From assembly GCF_036321535.1 (NCBI RefSeq), contig NC_087437.1:59398001-59462000 (forward strand): a DNA stretch of 64,000 nt, written 5' to 3'. The notes under the pieces are model-generated. The model ran no database searches. It worked only from the letters and a program-made list of their open reading frames with translations, and had not been told where the DNA came from. The DNA comes from Camelus dromedarius. Its lineage: Eukaryota. Below are positions 34,282-49,200 of this stretch, in pieces. The translations under genes were made by a program, and so were the position numbers. The stretch's first letter is position 1. Every line of letters starts with the position of its first letter.

Positions 34282-37200
34282 CTAGGAAATAAGAGAAATT
34301 ATTTGCAGTGTCAGCAGTCTCCTTTAGAGGATACGCACAGTGCTGTCTATGGAGAACTCCGAGACAGTGGACTTCCATCTCTCACTGGTCCTCTTTCTCT
34401 CCCCATTCCTTAAATGGTAAGTTTCTCAGAGTTTTGTCTTCAGTTTAGTCTCTCTGTCCTTAACTCTGTTAGTCCCAGAGCTTCAAACACCATCTATGAC
34501 TAGATTCGTAATATCAGCTCTTCTTGGGAAATCTCTAACTTGTTATCAAAGTTCAACCTGCCACAACCCAGTTAGAAATTGACTCTCTATTGCTTGGCAG
34601 TGGTATAAAAATCTGGCCAGCCTCCAAGATGGTACACACTCTGTCTTCCTTATCTGACATACACAGTAAGTTCTGTGGATTCCAGCCCCTAGAAATTTGT
34701 ACATCTTTCCCCTCCTCTCCACCTGCACTGCTCCACCCTAGGTGTTCATCAGCTGTCACTGCACCACTGCAAGACTCCTTGGATCCAGCATCCACATTCA
34801 TAGCAGAACATCTCAGAGCTCTCTGGTCATGTATCCTTCCAGTCCTGCCCTCACAGATCTTGATGGTCCCCTGTAGCCTGGGGAATCAAGGTCATATTCC
34901 CTCACGTGGCACACAAGGCCACCTACGGCACGGGCTCTTTACTGATAAAACCTACACTCCCATATCTTTTTGCCTTTGATCATGTTACTCCTTCTGCCTG
35001 GAAATCTGGCCCTCACCACTTCCTCCAACTGGCACATTTTTATTTGTTCCTCAAAGTCCAGCTTAAATATTACTTCCTTTCTGTAGTGTGGCAAGGATGA
35101 GGAGAAATTAGGACCTTCGTCCATTGCTGGGGGGGATGTAAATGACGTAGCCACTTTGGAAAGTTTGGCAGGACCTCAACTGTTAAACATAGAGTTTCCA
35201 CATGACCCAGCAACCCCACTCCTAAGTATATACCCAAGAGAAATGAAATACATGTCCATACAAAAACAGCATTATTCATAATAGACAAAAAGTAAAAACA
35301 ATCCAGATGTCCATCAACTGATAAAAGGATAAACGTGGTATAGCCGCTCAATGTACTGTTACTTGGCAATAAAAAGAAAGAAAGTACTGATACACGGATG
35401 AACCTTGAAGCCCTTAGGCTGTTAAAGAAGCCAGTCACAAAGGACCACATATTGTACGACTCCATTTATATGAAACATCCAGAAGAGACAAATCCATTTA
35501 CAGAGAAAGTAGATCAGTAGTTGGCAGGGGCTGGGGGAATGGGGTGTGAATGCTAACTGGTACAGGGTTTCTTTTAGGAGTGATAAAAACATTCTAAAGT
35601 TAGACAGTGGTGATGGTCACACAACTCTGAGAATATACCATAAACTGAATTGTGTACTTTTTAAAAGGGTGGATTTTATGGTATGTGAATATTTGGATAA
35701 AGCTGTTATACAAAATGTGTTGGATCAGAAGTTAAAGAAAAACTTTAAAACTTACTCGATGGAAAAAAGTTTTGTCCACTACATTTTCAATCTGATTTGC
35801 TCTTTTATTTCCGCTCAGCTGCATTTTAATTTCACCACCATTTGCTTTGTTCTCTAGGAGTCGCTGGTGCTGATGCTGAAAGGTCATGGGATCTCTTCCA
35901 GGGGGAGGGTGACAGTACAGGAGCTTCCCCTGCAAACACAATCCAAGTGATCACAGTGCACCCTCAAGGCCATCTGTATCAAAGCCCTCCGGGGAGGCCT
36001 CTCCGCTGGGCACACCCTGACGGAACTTTCTGCCTTTTGATTAAGCTAGCCGGGTTGGGTTTTGGTAAACTGCAACTGAGAGTCCTAACTAACACCCTGA
36101 GGCTGACCCTTAGTGTTCTAGAGCCTGGCTCTTCCCACAGCCCCCACACTAGAAAGAAACTGGTACTTCTCTGTTCTACCTTGTTTAATGTCTATTTCAG
36201 TACACATATATGATTATACTTAAGATGAATATTTTCCAAAACAAAAGCCAGGACACAGCTGGACAGTGTGACTGTACTAATGGGGACACTGGGCCTGGGG
36301 CAGCTGTTCACTGGGTGCAAGTTTGCCTCGTTCCAACGTAAACACTCTCAGCGTTGTGGTGGTTTGTAACTCATCTCCCCCATCCTCCACAGCTTTACAA
36401 ATGGTAAATGAGTAAGTACTTTATCCATATGAATATTCTATTAACTATTTCCTTCCTGAATTCAAAAAGAGAGGATACGGCTGCTCTTTTACGCTCCCAG
36501 AGCGCCACTGATGACATACTGAGAAGAGGAGGGAATAAAGTGAAATCTTCACAACCAGCTATTACTAGGGCCCTGTAACGCTTATTTGTGGCAAGAAGTA
36601 TTATTATGCATTTTAATAATACATAAAAATTACTGGCTAATTATGCGCCAGGCTCTGAGCTTAGTGGTATGTGTGTATGTCTCCACACACATTGTTCTCA
36701 TTTATTTCCCATAATGATCTCATGAGATAGGTACCATTAATTGTTTTACTGATGAGGAAAACCCAAAGTTTAGCACGTCCTCATTTACAATAGGACAATA
36801 ATACCGTATAGACTTACGTATTTTTAATGAGATGACAAATGTAAAGCGTTTAGAACTATTCCTGGCAGGGCTAGCTCTGAGTACATACATGTCAGCTATT
36901 GCTATTCCTGTTACTGGACAAGCGCTGGGAACGGGCGTGTGAACAGCTGCACCACAAGGAGTACTGTGACACAGCGGCAAGAGAGACAAGGGCTGCAGGA
37001 GATGGAAGAGCCGGAGACAGAACTGTGTCATGCTCACTGACGACAGGTGTTCAAGAGACCTTCATCTCTTTCATAGTATGTCAGTCACTTCCATGATTTA
37101 TATGCTGCTGGCTCCCCTGGATCAAGAATATACCCCCAGTTATAACACAGGATCACCAAGAAAATACCTCCTTTACAACCCAGCAGGCTGCTGTTACCTA

Positions 37201-40200
37201 AACACACACTCTAAGAGGGGAGAAAGAAGTCTCGCTTAGTCAAGAGCCAACGAGAAGCAGGGTTCACTTACGCTGACGTAGTCCTTCAGGATGTAGCGTG
37301 CAGATCGGGGCTGGTCAGGCTGTCCATGGGCGGTCATGAACCCTCGCATATCTGTGAGGAGAAAAGAATTTTGCAAAACCTAAGTTGGAAGACATCCCAA
37401 CAGCGACAACTGAGGTGATGGAAATCTAGCCTTTTCTATGACCACACTATGCATACTTAATTCTTATCTTAAATACCTTAAAATAAAAAATCAGTTAACA
37501 ATGTAGAAAATATTTTGGTTAGCATGATAAAACATCTGATAATCCAGAAGAACAGACTATATTGTTACCTCTGAGCTCTTGGCAGCCACCTAGCACCATG
37601 CTGTGACAGACACATCTTTCTCTACTCCAGTTACCTCTCCCATCTCTTGAACCTGAACATTTATTCAAGGAGGCGACTTGCAGAATGCTATGTTGTCAAT
37701 ATTATTGGCAAAACCAAAAGCAATAGAGCAAGCTTTCTTATTCAGTGATACATCAGGCTAGCACACTGGGGAGAAGTCTGGATTAGGAAATCTGGGTTCT
37801 CACTGAGGCTGTGCCACTGACCAGGCACCACCCTGGGCAAGTCATTTCGTGCTCTGACTTCAGGTTACTTGTTTTAAGAAAAGGGGGATGAGATGTGGGG
37901 TAATCTTTAAGGCCTCTTCTTGTCCTATGATTTTGTGACTATAGCAAGTGTTACCGTAAGTGCTTAATATTTGTCCTCTTCAAATAAGCTTATATCAAAT
38001 AAGCTTTCTCTGGAAGTAAATGCTCAAACAACCTGACCTCCAAGCTGGGGGCACCTTCTTTAAAGGCAAGCCACACACGCATAGAAATGTTAACATCGCT
38101 ATTTCTTTAGATAGATACAAGTACTTCCAGATTACCTTTAAAGTTTGTGTTTAGAGTAAGTAAATCACAATCAATTGGACAAATGATAGGCAAAGATAAC
38201 TGCCCTGTAGAATTGGGATAAAACAGGTGGGAGAGCTGTGGCCTCATTTTAATGTCAAACAAGGCCCACAGGACTGTTGGAAGGGGAAGCAAGCTCTGCT
38301 CTGCCCCAATCTCTGACACCTATCCCTTCTGATTCCCCCTTGTAACTCTCCTGTCCCACTCTGGTACGTATATTCATTTTCTTCCGAACAACCCCTTTCT
38401 TCCTTTAAGGGAAAAAGACTTCAGAAAAGGCCAACATAGCCTCAGAGCAGAACCCTCGTGCCTACACTTGGGTACCATCAAAGCAGTCAGTGTCCTAAGG
38501 GCTTTCTCTTTAGAAACCGGACAGACCCTGTGATCCCTGTAGGAGTTTTCATCACTGCCCACAGCTAGGCTTCCTACAGGAAAGGGCCTGAGACCAGGAG
38601 AGCCTGGGAAGATGTGTCTCTCTCAGCACTGATTCCTGGGATGAAGGTTAGGAATGGGCAGACCTGGGGAAGAGGCAAGGGACAGAGAGAATCTCCTGCT
38701 CTAACTCTCAAAAGTACTTAACACTGAAGTAAAACATCACTTGGGTAGCAGTTGGCTGCCTTTACTGTTGGACCCTGAAAGCACCATCACGTCAGCTACC
38801 TGGAGGCCACTTTGTGGGCAAGACCAACAGGACAACAAAAATATCAGCCCTGGAAGATGACATGACAATTGCTAAGGAAAAGTTTTGAATTTGTATCTCT
38901 GCAGAGTATTTCTCTCAGTAAGTATACTGTTATTTTTTGTTCATGTTTTAAAATAAGTCACAACTCACATCCATAAGCTGTCAACAGTTCTTCTGACGTG
39001 GGAGGTCGATGGGGATCTTCATCCTCTCTCGGCTTTATGATGTCGATGCCATAGGTAGCTTCTAAAACATGTCTCGGAATATTCTGGCAAACGTAAGCTG
39101 GTCAAGGAACCCATTCCTCTGAACTGACCCCCTCCTCCCCATGGTGTCTGACACATGCTTTTTAAAACACGGTCTTTCAGCACTTCTGTGACAAAATTTT
39201 TCCACCTCTCCAGAAAAGTAAAATTACTCATTTAATTTAAAACAAAGCCTTATGCACCAATAATCACTTCCAAATGAATCTTTTTAAAATATTATCTCTG
39301 AAATAGACCTTAAAGAGGACACACCTGTCTCTATGCACACACCGCAGATTTCTGACATGATCCTAATTCGCAGAGGAAGCACACAGTCTTTGTTTCTAAT
39401 CCTTATAACTATGCAAGGAGTGATCTTTTTTTCCTCCCCTGTCTAATTACTCAGGTTTTCTCAAGCCCCGCTATACAAGTAAGAATAAATCAGCACAGCA
39501 CCAAGGATATTAGTGATACAGGTGGGACGTGGTCTCTCATCTGGTCAATCGGGAGGATTCCACTGCAGATCATCTCGGCTTTGGTAGAGACGAAGGACGG
39601 CATCACCAGGCCTGGGCAGTCACATAAGCAGAGGCCAGGTTCCACATAGAGAGTCTGAAAGACAGGAAGAGGTGCATGCTGGGCATACGGCACAGGAAGG
39701 GAAAGAAGAGCAGCACACAAGAGGCAAAGAACTTCAGGAAATACCCAGAGGGGGGACCTGACTGAGAAGGAAATACGAGGCCGGTGCTGCAGAAGTACCT
39801 GGAAGTGCTTGGTGTGACCAGGTGTGGCAGACACAGATACTTTCTTGTTGCCCATGATGGTGTTGATTGTTGAACTCTTACCAACATTCGGGTAGCCCAC
39901 CTAGAAGAGAGTCAGAGGAATGTTTACAGCGTAAGTTGGCAAGGATCACAGGATGCCAAAAGCCGACCTCATCTAAAAAGCCTATCCAAAGGTAAGAACA
40001 TCGGACCCGAAGTCTGAGGACAGCCTTAAAAGCCCTCTCATTCTAGTAGCTCTGGTAAGTCACGTGATAGGTAGGGCTGAACCGGAAGGAGACTGCAGAG
40101 GATTATGAATATAAACAAGGGTGTGACCAGTATGAGCCTTGAGAAAGGTCACTCTTGGAGCTGGGCTCTGCTCGTGCGTAACAGGAGGCCCTCCATGTCC

Positions 40201-43200
40201 CCTGTGATGCCAGAGCCTGACTGGTCTCAGGTTCCAGTGTGGCTACCAAGGGATGGGGGATAAAGACCCTCATGTAACAATTCTACGACATAGTTCATCT
40301 TACCAGTCCAACAGTAAGTTGTCCCTCCTTCACCTTCTTTCCAGAGTGTAGCTGCTTAAAGATCTCCAATAATTCCCGCTTTGACACCAGGTGGCTAAAA
40401 TTGTGTATTTGCCTCTTCTGCAGGGTCTTCCTTCCTTGAGCCTCAGAATCCACAGTCCAACTTTCATTCCAGTTCTGGCCACAGGCCTCCTCATCGGGGT
40501 TGCTGCCCTCTTCCGAACACGTCTGCCAATCTTCCTCCTCCTCGCGACAGTCCTCATACACACTGTCCTCTTCATCACTGCTGGCAACTTCACTGAGTGA
40601 GACAGAACCCCTGCCTTGGAGATGTTCAGTCTCATCATGTGGAATTTCAGCCTCGTCGCAACTGGAGTTTTCAGACTCAGCTGTGATGGCTTCTCCAGTG
40701 TCTCCGTTTACTTCGTCCTGATGAAATAACAGAAATCACAAAAGTCCAGAAGCGTGTTAACAACTGCACTCTTCACTCTGGTGAAAACACTCAGAGCTGG
40801 TTATCTGAGACGAACAGAGGGCAAGAAAAGCTATGAAGGAGAATGGAAAAGGTGAACAGAGGGAGGAGATCACATAAGCCCAAGGACACAACCAAACTAT
40901 CAACAGTGATGCCCTCTGGAGTGGTGGACCTTCATTTTATACATTTTTATATTATTTGAACTTTGCACAAATAACATGTATTTTCTAACAGATAACTCTT
41001 CTATCCATTAAAAGAAAGCAAGGGTTTCAAAAAGCCTGTGCCAAGCTGAATTCCTTGACGGTACGTTATTTTGCAATAGGCTGTACAGTAAAACACAACA
41101 GTTCTCATTAACAGTAGAACATTTAACATTTTCTTCTCTGCACAAAGCAAGAAGGGTATAATTTGTAATGTGAGCTTCATTTTATATTTGCAGCTTTAAA
41201 GACAGTGGTTTGCATAGTTAAGGAAACTGCTATTCTTTTACAACTGCCTTTAATAAATCACAGCACCGTGGAGCACAGGTCCCTGTGTGCGAAAACTGAG
41301 AGCAACAAAACTCAACTCCGTGTGTGGAATCTGTTCACCAACCAACAATTTCCTTCGGGAAGAGAAAGGTAAAAATCATGGTGTGTCAATCCTTCTGAAT
41401 TCGTACTGATAACAAAGTAGAAATTAGGCAATTTACAGTATCACCAATTCGTATCAACAAGGGTTAACTGGTTTGGATTTATAAGTGATACAAACCTTGG
41501 ATCATTTCCAAATAATCTAATGTTAGAGTGAGTAGCCACCACAGAAGAGGACAGGAGGAACTCAGCTGAACAGGAATCCTACATTTTAGGAAGGAGGTAT
41601 TTTTCTTAAAATGTCAGGGAAGAGAGAGAGAATTTCATTATCATGCTTGGCAACTCGAAAACAAACATGGAATTAGAAGCAATTTCTATGATAAATGAGC
41701 AACAAATGTAAAGAAGTCACTGTGTGCTCTTCTGTATCATTTAAAAATATGGAAGAGGCAGAACCCAGGAATGTGAACTGAACGGGGATGTGTATTAGGA
41801 GAACGAAGGCTGGACACAGTTTAGCTTCAGGACAAAAGCCAAAGGCAACAAAAGGATTTGTAGTAGTTTTGTCAAAAATAGAAAGAACAGAAAAGTCAAT
41901 CTTTGGGAAACACGATGCAATTCAACAGATGGCCAAGAGAAAACTAAGGTACTCAACTCAAAAAAGTGTCCTATTTTTTAAAATAAGAAATGTCACACAA
42001 TTGTAGAGGAAGAACCAAACTTCAGATAGGTGAGAAACAGTGACTGTCAAACTTCTTTTAACAAGTTCATGTTTGATACTCAAGTGACAGATGAGATGAC
42101 AGATACGACATCACAATAGTAGCTGGTATGATTTAGGAAATCATGTGTAACAGAGATTTCAGAAGACTTGGGAGGAATAAATGGGGTTCAACTTTGAAAA
42201 AGGAAGAAAGAATATCTTCCATAAACCACACAGTTAACCCAGAATCTGATAGAGAAACAATTCCACAAGTTAGCTGGTGAGCCTGAAAAAGAAGACAGTC
42301 AGCAACATGAGGCAACAAGGGTTCCCTGAGAACAGATCATGCAAACAAGTCCCATTTCCCGCTGGAATCTACTGCTTGGTTGACAGTTCAGGGAATACCA
42401 CAGATGTGGAAACGAATCCTTGTTTCATTTCTGATTGACTGCGCTACCAAGCTGGTGCCTCAGGGCTGAGCGACAGAGTGATAAATATTCAAAAACTTCA
42501 GCAAGACACTGACTTCCAGGAGAGACGTGAAACAATGGTGAAAAGGACAAATGATGAAGCCAGACTGGCTGAGGATATAAGCACTTATACCTGCTGCTGA
42601 GAAAACTAAATGAAGAAAACAAAGGAAGTGCTCAGAAAGCGGTGCCTGCAGAGAACAAGTTTTCTGTGGGTTAGCTTTATTAACAACAGTAGTAACAGAA
42701 TAGTTACTGTTATATCCTTTCAAATGTATCTGGATTCGTCACACTGAAATGCTTGGTACTGAGCCCTTAGTAAATCCACAAAAGATCACAAAGCTCTATC
42801 CTCGATCCTAATCTATTCAACGTTTTCAATGACTGGAAAGAATATATGGACAAAGAAACAGGAAATCTGCAGATGTTTCAAAGCTAGAAGAAGAGAAAAG
42901 CAGATAATACACCCAAAATGAACCATACCTTGTTCCCAAATCACTAATATTTAAGAGGAACAGTACTGTCCTAAGCAGAGCTAAAGACAAAATGGAAAAC
43001 TTTGTCCACATGTAAAGATGGGATGAGATCTGCTTAGTAAGTCTTTTCTTTTAAATATTGGAGGGAGGTGGTTGTTCATGGGTTCAATGAGCCAAAAGCA
43101 TAAGCTCCTTTGAAAGGGGGTGAATTAACAAAAATGCTGGGAGTATCTTGATGACAAGAAATAAGAGTCCTTCTGTACATGTCCTGGGCAAACCACACCT

Positions 43201-46200
43201 GGAATAATGCACCCCATCAGCTGCCACCCTTTTTAGGTGTTATCCTGAGATGCGCAGACAGGCCCTCAGGACAATGAGTGCTCGGGAGATCATGTCTATG
43301 AGCAACAGGAAAGCAGAAAATGTACCTTCTGCAGAACAGAGAACACGGGGACAAAGGAAGACGCCTTAGAGCAAAGTTAGGGAAGCTGACTTAGCTTCAC
43401 CAGACTGAAGAACTTTCTTTTTATTCTTTTTCTAATTTTTTAAAAAAATATTTTTGCAAGGGGAGGTCATTAGGTTCATTTATTTATTCTAATGGAGGTA
43501 CTGGCAATGGAACCCAGGACCTCACGCGTGCTAAGCATGCACTCTACCACTGAGATACATCCTCCCCCAAAGAACTCTCTGATCTCGGAGACAGAAGGAA
43601 TGAGACACCTGGTCTCTGCCATTTAAAGCAGTCACAGAGAGATTATGGGACTGTTTGCCAGGGAGGCAGAGAAAAGAATTCCATTACAGAATTAGAGTTC
43701 ACTAACCTGTGAGCTCACCAAAGGGAGGGTGTTGTATTCACAGCACCTAGCTCAGCACACTAACTAGTCAGCAAATGGTTGATAAATAGAAAAGGAAAAA
43801 AAAGTGGACAGGACAAGACAGTACTGTATGTCTCTTCCCATTCTAAGATTCTATTCTGAATTTCTTTTCACAGTTGGTTATCAATGATTTCTACTAGAAA
43901 ATAACCCCCAAAATGTTTCTGTAAAATCTGGTTTAAAGACATAGAAAATAACACGGTATATATGTATCTTAATTAAGGATTACTTCATTTCTTTGTTTTC
44001 AAAACAAAGTCAAAAGAGATTCTAATCAAGTCCAGAGAAGTTACTACATTCAGTTGTATCTGACTTTCTGTTCTGATTTCTCTTAAAAGCAATTATAAGG
44101 TCATTATGAAATCTGCTATAAAACTTTCCATCTAAAATTTAAAAGAAATTAGAAATTAGAGCTAATACTGGCGTGTAACAGAGCCCTGGGGATGGCAGAC
44201 TATTTGACAACCACAGGGAGTTCTATAGGTCCTTCTCCCATCACAGCACTTGGGAAAAAACAAACAAAACACCACAAGTCAACAATAAGTAAAAACAAAC
44301 AAACAAAAGCACACTTATCAGAAACTGAAATCCTCCTTCTTAAAACCCAGCCTGAAAAAGTCTCCCAGGTTACCTTGGTGTCACCAATCAGGTGAATGGC
44401 TTCAGCCAAAGCAGACCAGAAAATGACCTTGACGTTCTCCTTTTCAAAGAACGTGGCCCAGGTACCCCGCTGCTCAGCAGTCAGCAAGTCTGCCTTATTT
44501 ATCAGAATCACATTCTCCTTGTCCTCGTCCATTGTTTTCACGTAACATTCCTGGGCAAGACAAAGATATTTGGAAAGGCCTCTCCAAACAGGTAAAAATT
44601 AGGCTAAATAAACTGAAGGCCCCCAGCTACCACCAAAAGTTTTACTGCCCCCAGCTCTAAATCATTCCTAAAGATTTGTAATCATGGTACATTCTACAGA
44701 TCCCGTCAGCAAGCTTTGAAAAGAAGTTAGGTCACATACGCTTAGAAGTATTCTTCACATGAAAAACTGGGAAGGGTAAAAGCAAACGCTTTCCTGCCCT
44801 GTTGAAATATAACAGGTTCTTAAAACTTCTTTAAATTATGTAGCTCCTCTCTTCCATGATGTCGAATTGTTTCTTTTAAACAAAGTTAAGGAATTGCATA
44901 ACTAACAGAGTTATCGGCCAGCAGGGACTATTTTTCAGCCAAGTGATGATATCCGATAATAATCTAATCTTTAATGTAAAAGAGATTTTTGAAGTCTAAA
45001 AGAAAAACGAGACTCAGTAATTAAATTAATTCTCAAGTATAGCTCTCCGTTAGGAAACCCACCAGAAGTATGAAAACTCAATTAATAAGAGTTTCCCCAT
45101 TAAGATTTTTGTTATTCACCAGTGGATTTAAAAATTATCAGTATTATTTCTACCATGGCCCTCAAACAGAAATAGGAATGCTTCATGTGTGTAGTGTCTT
45201 ATTAATTGAAAGCCTGTATTACATTATTTCATGGGATCCTCACACCTCATAATCACTACCCCTGGGGTGCTTTATAAACTTAATTCATTTGTAAAATACT
45301 GCAGAAAATAATAACTAAGGGGTGAGAAGAAAAAATTTCACGGAATGGATAAGAAGTGAAGGGACCAGGAATATGCTAAGTAAGCAAAATGCTATTTCGA
45401 CCAGCGTCTCTTAAAATATGAGAAACACTGGTAAATGTCTATTAATGGAGTGGCTTCTAAACGAAAAGCAAGAAAAGTTCATGTGTCTGTGCCTTCCTGC
45501 AGATGGAAACCATTGTTTGAGAAGAGAAAAGCTCCTGCCCTTGGGAGAGGCAGGAGGCCTGATTAAGCAAAGCCAGAGGAGGTCCAGTGTGCCTGCTAGA
45601 GTCACTGCCATGAGGGACGCATTCCTCCCGCTGCTGCCCTCAGGACGTTAGGTTTCAGTCTTGTCACATCTTACTTACCAAATCCTCACATCTAAACAGG
45701 AGCGGATTTCGAGCATCTACTATCTGGACCACGATATCACTGAAAAGTAAATGAGATACTCCAATTACTGGGAAGTGGAAGCAAACAGTGGCCATGTGAT
45801 AACAGTAGTAAACACCTCCCATATTTTAAGCACTGACATACTTAACTTTTTAAGGTACATTCATCCCCAGCTTACATATGAAGAAACTGAAGCTTAGAAC
45901 AGGTAACTGGCTTGTTCAAGGTCACCAGCTACTAGGTGACGCAGTGGGAATGGGAACTCAAGCACCCTGGACCCAAGGCCACGCTCATAATCATAACATT
46001 TCCCTACTCTTAACGTGGCCTAGAGAGACTGATGATGTTTTGCTGCTAAAACCCTTAACTGGATCTTCTAGTAAACTCTCTTGGAGAGCTGACAGAGTAT
46101 TCCAAATACTTTAATCCAAGGTGAGGTCTATGTGTGTATTCAGTACCTAGTCTATACCTATGTTAAGTAAGGCCTCAAAAAACCCCTAATGGATCACCTG

Positions 46201-49200
46201 CTGACAGCTGTAACTCACTTAAACCTGGGGCTGACAAGAGAAAGCATACATCTAGCAAATTATCATCCACTAGTTCCAAGAATGTGTTTGAATGGCAAAA
46301 ATACAAAACAGCAAAATATCAACTTAAGTTGCCACAATGAAGCAGGAAGGATGAGTCCAAGTGCTTCCATCATAAGTAAGATGTAGCAATAGGAAAACTT
46401 TCTGTGGCTGGCAGAGCAAGCCACACGAATCCCTCACGAATGTAGTGAGTACACAGCAGCACTGTGAGAATAAATACTCCACTTCTCCCTCTCTTCCTTC
46501 AGCCCCTGCAGTTAGGAAAGATGCTTTAAGGGCCAGCTGTGACTGCCACTGGAGGGAAGTAAGCTGCAGGCGTACCGCTACCTTACAGCAGTCTACCCCG
46601 AACTGGTATCTGTTAGCTCTTCCCAAGGTAAGTCCTATGCAACTATGCTGAACGCCAAGGAAATGTATTAAACCAAGGTTACCATTTAGCGCAGGGCATT
46701 TGACAACATGCATTTTCCTTTAGAATAATTTAATCTCCAGCATAATCTTGTGATTCAAAGGAACTCACAGACTTGCTAATTTACAACAAATTGCTTTTAG
46801 GTTCTCTAGTTAAGTGGGTCCTGGTATTTCCTCCTTTAATATCTACCACTTTCAAACTGTGAGGATTTAACAGTAAATACAAAAATGACTGCAGAAAAAG
46901 GGACAAAGCCTAACGAACTAAAACTACAAGGTCCACAGACATTATGGCTCCCTACCAAACACACAGAGAGAAGAATTGGTTAGAAACACCAGAAGGAAAA
47001 GAAGACACGTGTAAGACAGCTTGCTTCGTGTGCTGAATTAGGATGCAGAGCAAAGAGCTAACTATGTACAGGGAAGGGTCGAGGCTGTACAATGGAAGTG
47101 CCATATTTTACTGGAACACAGCGTTCCTCCCTCAGTGCCTTGGCAGCTCCCTGCATTTCAATGACATGTTACACATCAAATCTTTTCTGATAACTACTCT
47201 TGAAATTAAAGAGGCAGATGGCGTAGCTAGTCTGTTACCAAACAGGGGACATCTGCTGTACAGAACATATCAATAAATATTTCCTGTTAAAAGACATGGC
47301 AGTAGTCACTTTACTGATATTTCTATGTAACTCAGATCCACTTCCATGTGATATAAACTGTATTCGAGTCAGAAACATGTTCTCCCCCATAAAAATAGAG
47401 AAATTTCACATAATAGAAATAACAGAGCAAGTAATGCTGTAATCCAGTTGAAGCTAGAAGTTTCAAGTACAGGCTCACTCTAGACAAATTAGAGGCATAA
47501 AAAGCAAAGGAAGGACCATCCTATAAAACATTGGAAGAACACATATGATTACTCTTGTTTCCTCTCAAAACCTATAAAAAATGAAAGTAAAGGCTGGAAC
47601 TCATCAGGACAGGGAGAAAGAAGGAACAACTAAGAAATGTCAGCCCAATGAGAAACAAGCCTGTTCGTGCCCCAGAGCTCCGAGAGAGAGCTCAGGATTA
47701 GAAGCATCAGATCTAGCTTTGGAGGCAAGAGTGAGGTATAGGACTGACATCCTTCTGAAAAGGGAGCCAGGAGGTTCCCTCCCCTGTTCCATGCCGCCAG
47801 GCAACCACACCCCAGCCAAAGGTGACACTGGAGAAAGCTGATTCATCAACGTTATCTCCCATTCTCAGCTTATCCAGGTCATTTTCCTTTTCAAAGCCCA
47901 ATTAAGACAAATCACTCCTTACTTTCCCCCAATCCTATTAACCGCTCTTCCTCGCTGAGTCTGACTGGGCCCATCACCTTCCTATCTGTAACACAGCAGG
48001 AACCACACTCCACTTTGTATTTTACTAAGCACTGAGTCACCTGAGTGTAAGAATTGCGTTTCATCTGTGTGTCCCTGGTGCTTGGTGCTTTGCTTTGCCT
48101 CCTGGCATCACATATTTGCTCTCTGCAGGCAGACACCTACCCTTTTTCACACCATATTTTCCCCATTACCAACAGGAATTCATATACAATTGCTGAAATA
48201 ACTATAGGTGCTTCAGAACTCATCTTACAGAAAATAGTCACCATTCTCATAAGCTTATCAATGTGTTTATCTCATAACAAAAACCCCTGTATTTTAAAAG
48301 AAATATGTTATCATATTTCCAGTTTTTACAATAATTCTCAGCAGCCCTTTACGTAACTTGATCTTGTGCCCCCAACCCCTCCCTGGACCCATGAACACAT
48401 ACAACATCCAAAGCTAATGTAACAACACAACACTGTCCTTACACAAAAAGAAACCGGTAACCTACCTTCTCTCAATCACCCTCCAGAGCTGGCGCCAAAA
48501 GTCCAAATTCCTCTCAAATGGAGTCAGTATCAGCTTTTGTTCCTCTTCCAACCTGGTTTTATAAAGAGAAATTTATACCTCTACCAGATTGTAACAGTAG
48601 GTTTCAAGTAGTGTAAACACCCAAATTCATTGCATTAAACAATAAGTATACAAATATTAACTGTCAAATAATTTTTTATATGCTTTCTGCTGAGCCAATA
48701 TGCAAATCAAATTCAGATTTTATACTTGAGCTTTTTAAATTCCAGAAGTTTATCTATCACACAAAGTAACATTTCTCCCAAACATCTCTTCCTGGAAGAA
48801 TGCTCTAGAAGCTAAGTGATCAACTCCAGGGTGATGAATGGCTATGAAAAGGAGAAAAGGCCAGGAATGGAGCAATCAATTCACCATCTTTGTGCAAGGA
48901 CGCATATGCACCCAGCAATGCTGTGTGCACACACACCAGTTTGCATTTATAAAGTGAAATCTACCACTTCCCTTTTAAAAGAAGCCTTCAAAATGCGGGG
49001 AGGGTATAGCTCAGTGGTAGAGTACCATGCTTAGCGCACACAAGGTCCTGGGTTCAATCCCCAGTGCCTCCGTTAAAAATAAATGTATATATAAATAAAT
49101 AAACCTAATTATCCACCCCCCCAAATCCCTAAAACAAACAAACAAAAAACCCAACAAACCAACCACCTTTCTCTCTTTGTGATTGCACAAAGTCAAACAC

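Noticed and set aside
35070..35465. 131-aa hydrophobic ORF
   Set aside because: Antisense frame of an L1 fragment
39096..39100. CAG five nt upstream of the AC end as a canonical acceptor for LSG1 exon 11
   Set aside because: Would shift the frame, lies too close to the branch site, and no matching GT donor exists at the exon 10 end
48997..49075. tRNA-like sequence with A and B boxes (also at 26941, 30641, 54585 and others)
   Set aside because: Multiple diverged copies with A-rich tails and TSDs; these are SINEs, not tRNA genes
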